A stretch of 64,000 bases of DNA from an uncultured Acidobacteriota bacterium (GCA_963803155.1 CAWDMN010000105.1:7601-71600); one strand, 5' to 3'. Counted from the stretch's first letter, positions 8,531 to 18,525 are shown. The notes: a model not told the origin generated them from the sequence alone. Made by a program: numbers and translations.

Positions 8531-8964
8531 TTCACTTTCTGCTTTCCAGAAATCCGTAGGCATAATTTCAGAAGTTGCTTCACCACGGGCGGCACACAAG
8601 GCAGTATCAACGGATTGTGCTGAGCCTGAAGGAATCATTCCCTGTTCTGGGAATGTGAATCTCGCCTTGTTCAAGCAAGCATGGACAACAATATGCCTGC
8701 GCGAAGCACGCATTGCCGACAGATAAAATATGAATGAGACTTTCTGTGAGTGCTCTTTCCCAGCGTCGTGTACGTAAACGGAGAATCAGGTCTGAAAAAG
8801 AGTTGTCATGATGAAAGCATGGAACAATTTATCATCGTATCAAATGCAAATCAACAAATAGCATCAAACAATATGCCATTTTCAACACGGGCTATAGAGT
8901 TGTCTAAATCCATGCGATTTGAAAATGGCACTATTCATTTATGTTCCATTCATATTTAACATTC

Positions 8965-9263
8965 CCTATTTCCCTTGAATGACGGGGAAGACGGTAAATG
9001 GCTGGTCCAGGGGAATCTCCCAGTACGGAAGGTATTCGAAGAATTTCTCGGACCAAGCCTCGTCGTCTCTCAATCCCCAATATCCCTTTTCAATGGCAAT
9101 ACGATAATGCAGGGGGCGGCCGGGAACCGGCATCAGCCAGGACGCCGGGGCGCCAGCATCGTTGAGAATCCGGATGCCGCCCGGGAGGTTGAATTTCCCC
9201 TGGAGCGCCAGTAGAGCGGGCCCTCTCTCCAGCCAGTAGCGGTCATATCCCACAATCTGGTCA
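8965..9263 (-). pseudogene. Duplicated 3' end fragment of the GH127 gene
   Basis: About 93% identical and ungapped to 13661-13959 (about 20 mismatches, mostly synonymous); no 5' part. Confidence 0.9.
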
Positions 9264-9272
9264 AGGGAGCTG

Positions 9273-10362
9273 GGTGCCTGACTTGACTATTTGACTATTT
9301 CCACCTGCTTCCCATCTTGCATGAGCAGGCCCATGAGTCGATCTTCAAGTTGAGGATGGTTTTGGATTTTGGCGTCATATCGGCGATTCATCCTGGTCGC
9401 TGCACTGGGATGTACTCCCAAAAAACGGGCGACTTCTATGGCAGGATAAAACATGCTCCGTGTTGCCACATGTACAAAGCGTTCCCGAACTTCCGTTTGC
9501 TGCCGGGCGCCTTTGTGGCTTCGACGGAATTCCGCAAGCGTCATCCCCTCTGCCCCGGCCAACAGCTCCGCCAGTTCTGACAAGGACATCTTTTGCCTTG
9601 TGTATGCGCGTCGCCGCCTGCGTCTGGGTTCGCCTTCTTCGCTCACCCGGCTGATGAAATCCTTGTTTCCCAGCATCGGCAGCGAGGGCAACGGATAAAT
9701 TTGTTCCGGCCTCAGATCTGGCGCCTGCGCCAAAAACTCCTGCAGCCGATGGCGAGGTTGCCTTCCAAATATTTCCATTACATCTTTTTGAAATAGCCAT
9801 TCATTTTTGCTTTTCCCCAAATATGCCGCGAAGCTGCTCCATTCCCACTCCTGCGGCCATTGAACCAACCGAGCCCGCACGGGATTCAGATGGATATACC
9901 GAACCAGTTCCAGCAGATAGGATCGCTTGTCGCATAAGATTCCGCGAAACCGTCCTTGAAAGACATGCCCAACCTTGTGATATTTATTGTTGAAGTAGCG
10001 GGCATAGCTCGTCGCGAGGGACCGCATGGCCAGAGATACCGATAAATCCTGCTGCTCGATCAAGAGATGGAAATGGTTGGGCATAAGACAATAGCTATGA
10101 ATTCGCACCTTGTACCGGCTACTGATCTTCTCCAAACCTTCCAGCATTTGCCGGTAGTCCGAATCATCGCGGTATATCTGTTCCCGCCGATTCCCACGAT
10201 TGATGCAGTGATAGAAAGCCCCCGGAAAGCATATTCGGCGACATCTGCCCATCGGTCACCTGCCGTCCCGACCCTTTCTTGATTCCCCTTTGATCCTCGT
10301 GTCCTCAATTTTACAGCCAATTTTCAATAATTGGAAATAGTCAAATAGTCAAGTCAGGCACC
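9273..10362. mobile_element. HUH/Y1 transposase element bounded by perfect 31-bp inverted repeats
   Basis: GGTGCCTGACTTGACTATTTGACTATTTCCA at 9273-9303 and its exact reverse complement at 10332-10362; no target duplication seen. Confidence 0.85.
9287..10252 (-). CDS. REP-associated tyrosine transposase (RAYT / IS200-like Y1) with C-terminal HTH extension
   Basis: YHCINRGNRR, YCLMPNHFHLL (HUH), GHVFQGRF, YIHLNPVRA, WSS motifs. Confidence 0.9.
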   Translation of the reverse strand: MGRCRRICFPGAFYHCINRGNRREQIYRDDSDYRQMLEGLEKISSRYKVRIHSYCLMPNHFHLLIEQQDLSVSLAMRSLATSYARYFNNKYHKVGHVFQGRFRGILCDKRSYLLELVRYIHLNPVRARLVQWPQEWEWSSFAAYLGKSKNEWLFQKDVMEIFGRQPRHRLQEFLAQAPDLRPEQIYPLPSLPMLGNKDFISRVSEEGEPRRRRRRAYTRQKMSLSELAELLAGAEGMTLAEFRRSHKGARQQTEVRERFVHVATRSMFYPAIEVARFLGVHPSAATRMNRRYDAKIQNHPQLEDRLMGLLMQDGKQVEIVK

Positions 10363-10473
10363 TTTTTCTAGTTTCTAGGGGCATTTTGGGGGTGAAGCCA
10401 AATAAGTTGTTAATAAACGCCCGGACTGATCGTTTCAATGTAAGAAGAGACAATAATTTCATGGCAATGCAAG

Positions 10474-12516
10474 TTGCCATGGATTAGAGGATTGAAAACT
10501 TTGTCATTGATGAGGAGTCCAGTCGTGAGAAACTTGAATTGCCGCGCTATTTTGCTGCCGATTATTTTTTCCCTTTCATTGTCGGCGGCTCCTTCGGTCC
10601 TGGAAACCACTGCGAGTCCTGATGTAATGAAAAAGCTGGCTCGAGGCAAAGAACTGGAAAAATTTCCCAAAGCCAACCTAATTTTTGTGGAAAAGCGCCG
10701 TGAGATCCGTTACGAGATGGACGGCACTTATTCCGACCGGAATTATTTCCTGATCAAGATTCTTACCGAACCAGCCGTGAGTTTTTTTGCGGCTATGCCC
10801 GCATATGAATACTACAGCTATCGTAGCGAGGCTAATGTTCTGTTTGTCCGTGTCATCAAGCCTGAAGGTAAAGTCATTGAAATGCCGGCTGGGATGATCA
10901 CTGATTTGATCAATCCCATGTACAGCCAGATGAATGTCACTGACAGTAGCATGAGGCTAAAGCAAATTTCTTTTGAGAATCTCCAGGTGGGGGATGCGGT
11001 TGAATATGAAGTGGAAGAAAAGTGCACCCGGCCTGTTTCTTCTGATTTTGAATTAAAAGAAGGCAAATACCTGCAGGAAGATGAACCGGTCCTCTATACT
11101 AGAATTGAGATCAATGGGCCGGAAGAGAAGCCATTAAACTACTTGGTGAAGTACGCCGAAAAGCTTGGCATCCAATTCAACAAAATGAAAAAAGATGGTC
11201 GAATTACTTATCTTTGGGAGGCAAGGGATATTCCTCCATTCATATCTGAGCCGGGCTGGAATACACGCCTGCACTTCTCTGCCCGCCTGCTGGCCTCAAC
11301 TATCGGATCTTGGCAAGACATCAGCCGCACCTCTTACCAAATCAACCAGTCTTCCACGGACGAAAACGACAGCTTGCGTAATCTGGTAGCCGAACTCACG
11401 CGGGATTTGAAAAACGATGAAGAAAAAATTTTGAAAATTCTCTGCTACTTGCGAAAAAATATCAGCTATAAGGGAATGACTTCAGTGTCGGCGTATAAAG
11501 GCAAGCCAGCCACCCAGACCCTGGCTGACCGCTTTGGCGTTTGCCGCGACGTGGCGGTGCTGATGTGCGCCATGCTTAGAGCGGCGGGAATAGAAAGCTA
11601 TCCAGCAGCAACCGGCTACGGCAGAGTCTTCGATCAGGAAGTGCCGCACGACATTTTCCAGCATATGATTGTGGCTGTGCCTGATCAGAAAGGCGGCTAT
11701 CGTTTATACGATCCTACGATTGCCCTTTATAGAAATAATCTATTGCCAGGCTATGCAGGAGAAGCACCCCTGCTGGTGTGCAAACCCCAAGGAGAAGAGC
11801 TCCAAAAAATCCCACCCATCCCGGCTAAAGAAAATGCGGGCACGATCACGGCCCAAAGCCAGATTGATGAAAATGGCCGGCTGACAAGCACGGTGAATAT
11901 CACCAGTCTGGGATTTTACGACACGGACCTCCGCAATTGGCGCAAAAGGACTAAAAGTGAAGATTACAGCCAGCGCTGGAAGCAGATTCTAACTCAATGG
12001 AATTCGGCGGCGATTTTGACCCAATGGTCCACCTCGGACCCCGAAGATCTTGAAACCCCATTTAGCTTGAGCCTCCGTTATGAAGTGCCGGGATATGCCT
12101 CAATGGCAGGAAACAGCATGTCGGTTAAGGCGCCTCTTTCCGCAAATCATTTCGAGCGAGTGCTGGTTGATATCGTAGCCAAAGCCAAGCTGGCTGAGCG
12201 TAAATACCCCTTTATCTTGACCACGACCATTGGCGTCTATCTGCAAGAATCGCTCCTTTTGCCTGCTGGATATGTTGCAAAATCTCTGCCAGAAAATCTG
12301 TCGCTAAAAACAACGGAAGTAGATTTTGCTCTTCAGTATCTGACCTCCATTTCGACGGGAGGCAATAAGAATTCATCGATTGAGTTCAACAAAAGGTTTC
12401 TCATCGACTCCAGGCAATTTAGCCCCGAAAGCTATTTTGGTTTAAGAAAGAGTCTGGAAGCCAATTCCAATTCAGCCAAAGGGGAAATCGTGCTGGTCAA
12501 AGCTGCGGGAAGCTAA
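10474..12516 (+). CDS. DUF3857 + transglutaminase-like domain exported protein
   Basis: Signal-like segment, NLQVGDAVEY, GVCRDVAVLMCAMLRAAGI, FQHMIV, LYDPT (C-H-D triad); start uncertain. Confidence 0.85.
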   Translation: MPWIRGLKTLSLMRSPVVRNLNCRAILLPIIFSLSLSAAPSVLETTASPDVMKKLARGKELEKFPKANLIFVEKRREIRYEMDGTYSDRNYFLIKILTEPAVSFFAAMPAYEYYSYRSEANVLFVRVIKPEGKVIEMPAGMITDLINPMYSQMNVTDSSMRLKQISFENLQVGDAVEYEVEEKCTRPVSSDFELKEGKYLQEDEPVLYTRIEINGPEEKPLNYLVKYAEKLGIQFNKMKKDGRITYLWEARDIPPFISEPGWNTRLHFSARLLASTIGSWQDISRTSYQINQSSTDENDSLRNLVAELTRDLKNDEEKILKILCYLRKNISYKGMTSVSAYKGKPATQTLADRFGVCRDVAVLMCAMLRAAGIESYPAATGYGRVFDQEVPHDIFQHMIVAVPDQKGGYRLYDPTIALYRNNLLPGYAGEAPLLVCKPQGEELQKIPPIPAKENAGTITAQSQIDENGRLTSTVNITSLGFYDTDLRNWRKRTKSEDYSQRWKQILTQWNSAAILTQWSTSDPEDLETPFSLSLRYEVPGYASMAGNSMSVKAPLSANHFERVLVDIVAKAKLAERKYPFILTTTIGVYLQESLLLPAGYVAKSLPENLSLKTTEVDFALQYLTSISTGGNKNSSIEFNKRFLIDSRQFSPESYFGLRKSLEANSNSAKGEIVLVKAAGS

Positions 12517-12831
12517 AACGCTCAGCCGCAGGAGGAAATGGCAGCCTTGATTGGTGAAGCGGCTCCAGGGAAAATGTGCCTTCCCTTAATAATTGAGTAG
12601 TTTGCTTTCTCCCTGCGAGATGTCGAATTGCTGTGCTAGTGCGGCGTTCGTACCTTTGCGTTAAGGAGCCGACATGGGGCGAATTTTCAAGACGACCCTC
12701 TGTGCCAATATCATTGAGACATCTGTCCCAAGTTAAATTAGAGTAGAGGGCAGAAAGGTTAAATGATGAAGAGTCTCAGTTCTTCTAAAAGGGGAATGGG
12801 ACCAGACCTTAAATATTGCCAATCTCCTCTA

Positions 12832-13175
12832 ACTAATACAAACGCATTATTCTTTGATACATTGGATAATTTTTTTTTATTTAAGGTCCTCATGATGCAG
12901 CTACAGCTGCCCTGAAAGGGCAAGTTACCATAGCCCGGGGCGAAATGAAATGAAGCCCCGGGGAATGACGTAAACCCTCTGAATAATCCGGCGAGCCCTG
13001 AAAGGGCGATTTATTAAAAAGGAGGAAAGGAAGTAAATCGCCCCTGCAGGGCTAGCAGCTAAATTTGTAATGGTCTAATCCCGGGGCTTCACTTCGTTCA
13101 GCCCCGGGCTGAGATAATGCGGCCCTTCGGGCCTTAAGAGGTTTTTGTAACTATCAATAATGCGTTTGTATTAGT
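12832..13175. mobile_element. Non-autonomous palindromic element (IS200/REPIN-like core within 20-bp inverted repeats)
   Basis: ACTAATACAAACGCATTATT at 12832-12851 and its reverse complement at 13156-13175; internal mirrored GCCCTGAAAGGGC and AGCCCGGGGC..GCCCCGGG hairpins. Confidence 0.7.
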
Positions 13176-13661
13176 CATGATTATTTGCAGACAATTAAGT
13201 CAGCTGATTCGAAGAGGAGTGTCTGTCCAGGAAAAAATAAGGGTGTTTCATTCTTTCTCCGGTCATGGACCACAGCCCCCTAGGTTATGCACCGGTTTGT
13301 CCAGGCACTTGGCCCGGTTCGCTTTTCACGGAGCAGACCCTTCCTTCTGCAAGAAAGCTAAAAAAAAGCCATATCGCCATTCCCAGATCCCTGGCCTACT
13401 GTTTATTTACCTCTTTTCGACACCTAAAATGGCCATTTAAAGCCCAAAAACATGCCCTAAATTGGCTGTCTGCCCCAATCCGGGAAATAAAGGGTCACAT
13501 CTCGTTTTTCTGTATTGAAATAGGAATACCCCAGGTAGAACGATAAAGGAATAATAAATGGTTCGTCCCTTGCGGATTGTCCGTTGCGGGTGGTGGCATC
13601 ACGTCACCAGCCTCCATTCCAGCCAAGCCTTTATTTATATACCCTGCATATTTTAGAATTC

Positions 13662-15545
13662 CTATTTGCCTTGAATGACGGGGAAGACGGTAAACGGCTG
13701 GTCCAGGGGAATCTCCCAGTACGGAAGGTATTCGAAGAACTTCTCAGACCAGGCCTCGTCTTCTCTCAGCCCCCAGTATCCCTTCTCGATGGCGATGCGA
13801 TAATGCAGGGGGCGGTCGGGAACCGGCATCAGCCAGGACGCCGGGGAGCCGGCATCGTTGAGAATGCGGATGCCGCCCGGGAGGTTGAATTTCCCCTGGA
13901 GCGCCAGTAGAGCGGGCCCTCTCTCCAGCCAGTAGCGGTCATATCCTGGAATCTGGTCATACCCTTCATAGCGGTGAATTTTCAATTCCATGGAGATCTG
14001 GAACCGGACAGAGTCTCCGTCCCGCCAGCTTCGATCCAGGTGCAAGTAATGGCCGGGGATTCCGGCGCCCGCTGGCTTGCCATTGACGAAGATTTCGACC
14101 GGGTTTGCCGCATAGGAGGGAATCCGCAGGCTCATTCGAAAGGAAGCTGATTGCGAACAATGGAGATTCAATTCCACATTGCCATCGTAAGGAAACGCTG
14201 TCTTGTCGACTAGAGTAATTGTGGCTTCTTGGTGCTTCCAACTGATTTCCGAAGGGGCATAAAGATCCACGTAAATTCCCTCCGGTGAAAAGGAATAGAG
14301 GTATTCCGGCAGCGAGCCGAACAGGCGCACCCCTTGCCCTTCACAACAGGTCCCTTCCGGAGGTTCTATCGGCCTCTCTTTTTGCCCGTGCAGGATGGTG
14401 TGATAGCTGATGGCGTTCCCGCCAAGCTGGTTCCCAATCCCGGCGTTATAAATACTCTTCTCTATTTCGCCCACGTAGGCTTCGACATCCGGGAAAAGCA
14501 GGTGCAGCCTCTGATTCAGCTTGATCCAGAAGACCGCGCAACAGAGCTCACCACTGCGACTCTCACTCCCCATCAGATAAGACTTGGGTGGATATCGTTT
14601 CCGTTCGCACAAAGCCCAAGAGCCCCCAGGCATCTGCCACTTGTCGCGGAGCATTTCCCACGCGTTGAGAACCGCACGGAGGTATTTCATGTCTCCTGTG
14701 ATGCGATATAAATCCAGATAGGCCTCGAAGGCAGTGATCTCGTAACAGTGAGATTCAGGCCGATTGTAAATAGCGCGATCATCATTGGCAATCAGCTGCT
14801 CCAGCCACCAGTCTTCCTGGTAGTGATTCAAAATCAGGTCAAGATCGTCCCGCCTCCCTAAAGGCGAAAGGTACATTCGGGTAGAGGAGATCATTCCCTG
14901 GTAGGGTATCCAGTGATCCGGAATGTAGCCGCGCTCCCTGTCGACCACTTTGGAGAGGTATTCAGAATGATTGAAACAGTCCAGTTGACCTCGAATCAAT
15001 GTCAGGGCCTTGGGATTCCCCGCCAGTGCGGCATCGATCAATCCGTGCGTGATCCAGGAACGCACATAATTGGCATTTTCCCGGACGGGAGTATCTTGTT
15101 CCCGGTAGCCCATAAGGAAACCGTTGGGCTGCCGGCAGTCTTCGAGGCCATCAATGGCCTTATTCATCCGTTCTTTCAAAACAGGGTGTTCTTCCCAGCG
15201 CAGGGCATTTCCAGCACCCATCAGGAAAATACCCATGACCGACCCAGTCACCTGCGGGCCGCCTTTATCCCAGGAGAAAGGGCGGCCTGGTGGATTGGCC
15301 ATTCCAGCCCGTTCCCGGAACACATAAAGCAGGTCGTCCAGCGGAAACTTGTCCGTCAGGAATTTAAGATTATTGTCAAAAACGGTTTTCAGAGTACCGT
15401 TGGTCATCTTCACATTGCGCTGAGGCGTTTCGAGCCGGTTCTTTATGGCAATTGGATTGGAAGGTCCGGCATCTTGACCTAGGAGAGCGGTGGTTACACA
15501 AAGGAGAAGCCAAAAAAAGGGGAGAAGGATAGTCATTTTTTTCAT
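13662..15545 (-). CDS. Glycoside hydrolase family 127/146 (beta-L-arabinofuranosidase-like), exported
   Basis: Signal peptide MKKMTILL...; GELCCAVFW, EKSIYN, TCCEGQG, C-terminal beta-sandwich LRIPSYA...LDRSWRDGD. Confidence 0.85.
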   Translation of the reverse strand: MKKMTILLPFFWLLLCVTTALLGQDAGPSNPIAIKNRLETPQRNVKMTNGTLKTVFDNNLKFLTDKFPLDDLLYVFRERAGMANPPGRPFSWDKGGPQVTGSVMGIFLMGAGNALRWEEHPVLKERMNKAIDGLEDCRQPNGFLMGYREQDTPVRENANYVRSWITHGLIDAALAGNPKALTLIRGQLDCFNHSEYLSKVVDRERGYIPDHWIPYQGMISSTRMYLSPLGRRDDLDLILNHYQEDWWLEQLIANDDRAIYNRPESHCYEITAFEAYLDLYRITGDMKYLRAVLNAWEMLRDKWQMPGGSWALCERKRYPPKSYLMGSESRSGELCCAVFWIKLNQRLHLLFPDVEAYVGEIEKSIYNAGIGNQLGGNAISYHTILHGQKERPIEPPEGTCCEGQGVRLFGSLPEYLYSFSPEGIYVDLYAPSEISWKHQEATITLVDKTAFPYDGNVELNLHCSQSASFRMSLRIPSYAANPVEIFVNGKPAGAGIPGHYLHLDRSWRDGDSVRFQISMELKIHRYEGYDQIPGYDRYWLERGPALLALQGKFNLPGGIRILNDAGSPASWLMPVPDRPLHYRIAIEKGYWGLREDEAWSEKFFEYLPYWEIPLDQPFTVFPVIQGK

Positions 15546-16100
15546 GGGAATCCTTGCTGACGGCAGGACCGTCCAGTTGAATGAGGATAATAATTCAAAA
15601 GTAAAAGTGATAAAAAGCTGCAAGATTCAGACATCGGCTTCGCCCTTTATACCTCCTAACCTGGCCCTGGCTGAAGCACAACATGTCTGCACAAACAAGG
15701 TGCCGATATGATCCCGCCTTGCTAGGCCGAGCGAGTTTTCATTATTGATTTTGCCTAGCGTTCGCCATGTCATTTTATCTCGCTGCTGTCCAAGATTGTC
15801 GGAAAATACGACGCCTTTTACTAAAGTTTATTCCATCAGTTCCAAATTTCCAACTCGAGCCTCAAAGCGGCCAGCGAGCAGATCAGTGCGATCTATGGGT
15901 TGATTTTTGCTCAGGGGCCGTCTCCATGGAATCATTGAAGGCAAAATGTCGATGGAAGAGGCTCACTTCCTATCGTTTCTCGCTCACCGGCCAGTGCGCC
16001 TTATGCACTGGTCCTGTGAAGTGGGCTTGTTGGAAAACAAAATTCTTTTGCGGTTGTCTCTGGAAATGTTTCCAGGACCAATTCCCGTGTCGATTTTTTA

Positions 16101-16185
16101 GCCACGGATTGACGCGGATTTGCGCGGATGAAATAGGGATCGACTATATTCATTTGTCCGCGTTTCATCCGCGTTCATCCGTGGC
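16101..16185. repeat. Hairpin built from 9-bp repeats (CGCGGAT / ATCCGCG units)
   Basis: GCCACGGATTGACGCGGATTTGCGCGGAT ... TCCGCGTTTCATCCGCGTTCATCCGTGGC. Confidence 0.7.
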
Positions 16186-16411
16186 CATTGTATTTTCCAA
16201 CAAACGATAGGGTCAGAAAGCCCGCAATTAAAAGTGAGAGAAAAGTCAGATTACGGATTGCAAAAAGTAGGAGGCGGACTCTGTCCGGCAGCCCTTTTGT
16301 GTCTCCGCGCGGAGCACGCCTTCCAAGTTTTCGAGATCTTTCCTCTGCCCAAGTGTCAGAGGCTTATTCATTTTTCGCTCACTTTAATTGCACTCATAAA
16401 AACAGGCGGGG

Positions 16412-16440
16412 TTGACATCCTCTGATGCTTCCAGTACTCT
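16412..16440 (+). promoter_or_regulatory. sigma70-type promoter
   Basis: TTGACA-17 bp-TACTCT upstream of ATG 16473. Confidence 0.55.
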
Positions 16441-16472
16441 CCGGCTTAGTCAAATGGGAATATGGTGCCTTC

Positions 16473-17636
16473 ATGAAGTTTCTTCCCCTGATTTTCAAGA
16501 ACCTGTTGCGCAACCGGCGGCGTTCCCTGCTGACTCTGATCAGCATCGCGGTATCCCTTTTTCTTGTGTCCATTCTTCAGGCAGTGTTGACTGAACTGCA
16601 GGACCCCGCCCAGGCGCCGGATTCCGCGCTGCGCCTGATTACCCGGCACAAAGTGTCGCTATATAGCCTCCTTCCCCTGGCTCACCGGCAGAAAATTCTG
16701 AAAGTCGATGGAGTGGAAGCCGCCATTGGTTGGATGTGGTTTGGCGGACTTTATAAGGATTACTCCAACTTTTTTCCCAACATTGCCGTTGACACGGATC
16801 AATTTTTCCAGGTCCATTCGGATATGGTTTTGCCTGAAGAACAAAGGGCGGGATTTTTGAAAGACCAGGCGGGCGCGCTAGTGGGGATCAGCCTCGTGAA
16901 ACGATTTGGCTGGAAAATTGGGGACCAGGTTCATTTGAAGGGGACCTTGTTCAAAATCGATCCGGATTTTACAATTCGCGCCATTTACTCGAGCGGCGTG
17001 GATGATGGAGGCGGCTTCTTTTTCCATTTCTCCTATTTTAATGAAAGTTTAAAAAAACTTGGTTTCGGGGCCATCGCCGACCATACAAGCACATTTACCG
17101 TCCGGGCTCGCTCCATCGACGAAGTACCCAAAGTGGCGGAGAAGATTGACCGCCTTTTCAAAGAGACGAGTTTTCCGACAAGCACGGAAACTGAAAAAAC
17201 GTTTCTATTGACCTTTCTCTCCACTTTTGGGAATGTAAAATTTCTTGTCAATAGCATTTGCGGAGTGGTGATCTTTGCGATTATTCTCGTAGCAGCCAAC
17301 TCCATGGCCCTCTCCATTCGAGAACGCTGGCGGGAGATTGGAGTGATGAAAACTCTTGGATTTAGGGAGCGCCAGGTTTTGGCATTGCTCATCACGGAGT
17401 CGATGCTGCTCGCGGGTGGAGGGTCCGCTTCCGGCGCCCTATTGGGAATGTTGCTCATGGCGAACCTGAACATGTCACGATTGACAGCGGGATTTATCCA
17501 AAGGCTTCCCGTAACCATGGGGAATGGGGTTGGTTGTCTCGTGACCGGGCTTACCGTGGGTCTGCTGGCCGCTGGGATTCCTTCTTGGCGGGCTTCCCGA
17601 AGGTCAGCGGTGGAGGCTATTCGCCGGGTTGCCTGA
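16473..17636 (+). CDS. ABC transporter permease, MacB/FtsX family
   Basis: KNLLRNRRRSLLT, SIRERWREIGVMKTLGF, C-terminal PSWRASRRSAVEAIR. Confidence 0.9.
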   Translation: MKFLPLIFKNLLRNRRRSLLTLISIAVSLFLVSILQAVLTELQDPAQAPDSALRLITRHKVSLYSLLPLAHRQKILKVDGVEAAIGWMWFGGLYKDYSNFFPNIAVDTDQFFQVHSDMVLPEEQRAGFLKDQAGALVGISLVKRFGWKIGDQVHLKGTLFKIDPDFTIRAIYSSGVDDGGGFFFHFSYFNESLKKLGFGAIADHTSTFTVRARSIDEVPKVAEKIDRLFKETSFPTSTETEKTFLLTFLSTFGNVKFLVNSICGVVIFAIILVAANSMALSIRERWREIGVMKTLGFRERQVLALLITESMLLAGGGSASGALLGMLLMANLNMSRLTAGFIQRLPVTMGNGVGCLVTGLTVGLLAAGIPSWRASRRSAVEAIRRVA

Positions 17637-17772
17637 AGTCGGAGCCTTGGGATGTGCTCTCATTTTGGCGCTGAAGGTCTGTATATGCTCATTAGGGTCC
17701 GAAAACAAATTACCAGTACAACTAGGCCCCTCTCCCTAGAAAATCCCGGCTTGGTAACAATGAAATCTAAGT

Positions 17773-17923
17773 CCGCTCACCCTGAGCTTGTCGAAGGGTG
17801 TGCGGACGGGCAAAACAAGGTTTCCCCAATGAGGGTAAGCTAACTAATCCCTTGGTTGGCTCGGCTTGCCACGAAAGAACCGTCCATCCTTCGATCCGTC
17901 AGCTGACGGATCAGGACGAACGG
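17773..17923. repeat. Palindromic intergenic element
   Basis: CCGCTCACCCTGAGCTTGTCGAAGGG ... CCTTCGATCCGTCAGCTGACGGATCAGGACGAACGG. Confidence 0.55.
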
Positions 17924-17946
17924 TTCTTTATCAGAGTCAGCACCAC

Positions 17947-18254
17947 ATTTTCATTGTCTTGTTGTGACGGTCGCGCCGTCATGGGTGGCTCCTTAGAAAA
18001 TCAAAATTGGGCAAAGGTGGAGCGGGCACTCTGTGCACGCTGGCTCGGCAGGCAGGGCTGGCCTGGCGACGCGCGAAGGATCGCGCGTCCCACCTTGTTT
18101 TCATCATCTTGTTGAGCCAGCCGTGCTGGCATGAGTAGCTCCCTAGAAAATCTCGGGACAAAAAACCTCACAGGTCTCCGAGACCTGTGAGGTCTGGAGA
18201 TTTTCATTATATTGTTGTGTCAGCCATGCTGGCATGTGCGGCTCCTTGGATAAG
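17947..18254. repeat. Three 55-bp direct repeats separated by hairpin spacers
   Basis: Ungapped copies at 17947-18001, 18097-18151 and 18200-18254; ends ATTTTC..GAAAAT; covarying inner stem. Confidence 0.8.
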
Positions 18255-18525
18255 GGGAAAGACGAGGTCGTTAGGCCGCGTCAGGGGTGGCCTGAAGTTT
18301 TTTACTGGCGGGAAGCGACAGCCTTCGCACCGTTCCGGCTTCGACTTCGTCTTGGCCACCCCTTCCGCTAGGGCGGATTTAACAACCTCGTTCGAGAGAA
18401 TTTTGAACCGGTATTTTATTTACGATGACTTAAAACATTTTGATTGCCGATATATATTTTAATACGCCCATAAGGCGCGTTGATTTTTTTGATTCCCTTC
18501 TCATTCGTTTTCTACAAACCCTGAA

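Noticed and set aside
8531-8713. 61-aa N-terminal extension of Res
   Set aside because: Family-like sequence begins at MENQFFEHPILNSPY; the extension looks like an upstream open-frame artefact.
13177-13910. Short plus-strand ORFs as real genes
   Set aside because: No recognisable motifs; they are antisense to GH127 or lie in a region that looks like decayed element ends.
8965-13959. Diversity-generating retroelement (TR/VR pair plus Avd-like four-helix-bundle genes)
   Set aside because: Mismatches between the two copies are not adenine-specific on either strand and are mostly synonymous third-position changes; there is no reverse transcriptase in the window.
15767-16425. ORFs in the GH127-ABC permease spacer
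   Set aside because: They overlap, lack motifs, and are partly translated from the nonamer hairpin.
17947-18254. CRISPR array
   Set aside because: The repeats are 55 bp and only ~76% identical, the spacers differ greatly in length and are themselves repeated hairpins, and no cas genes are visible.
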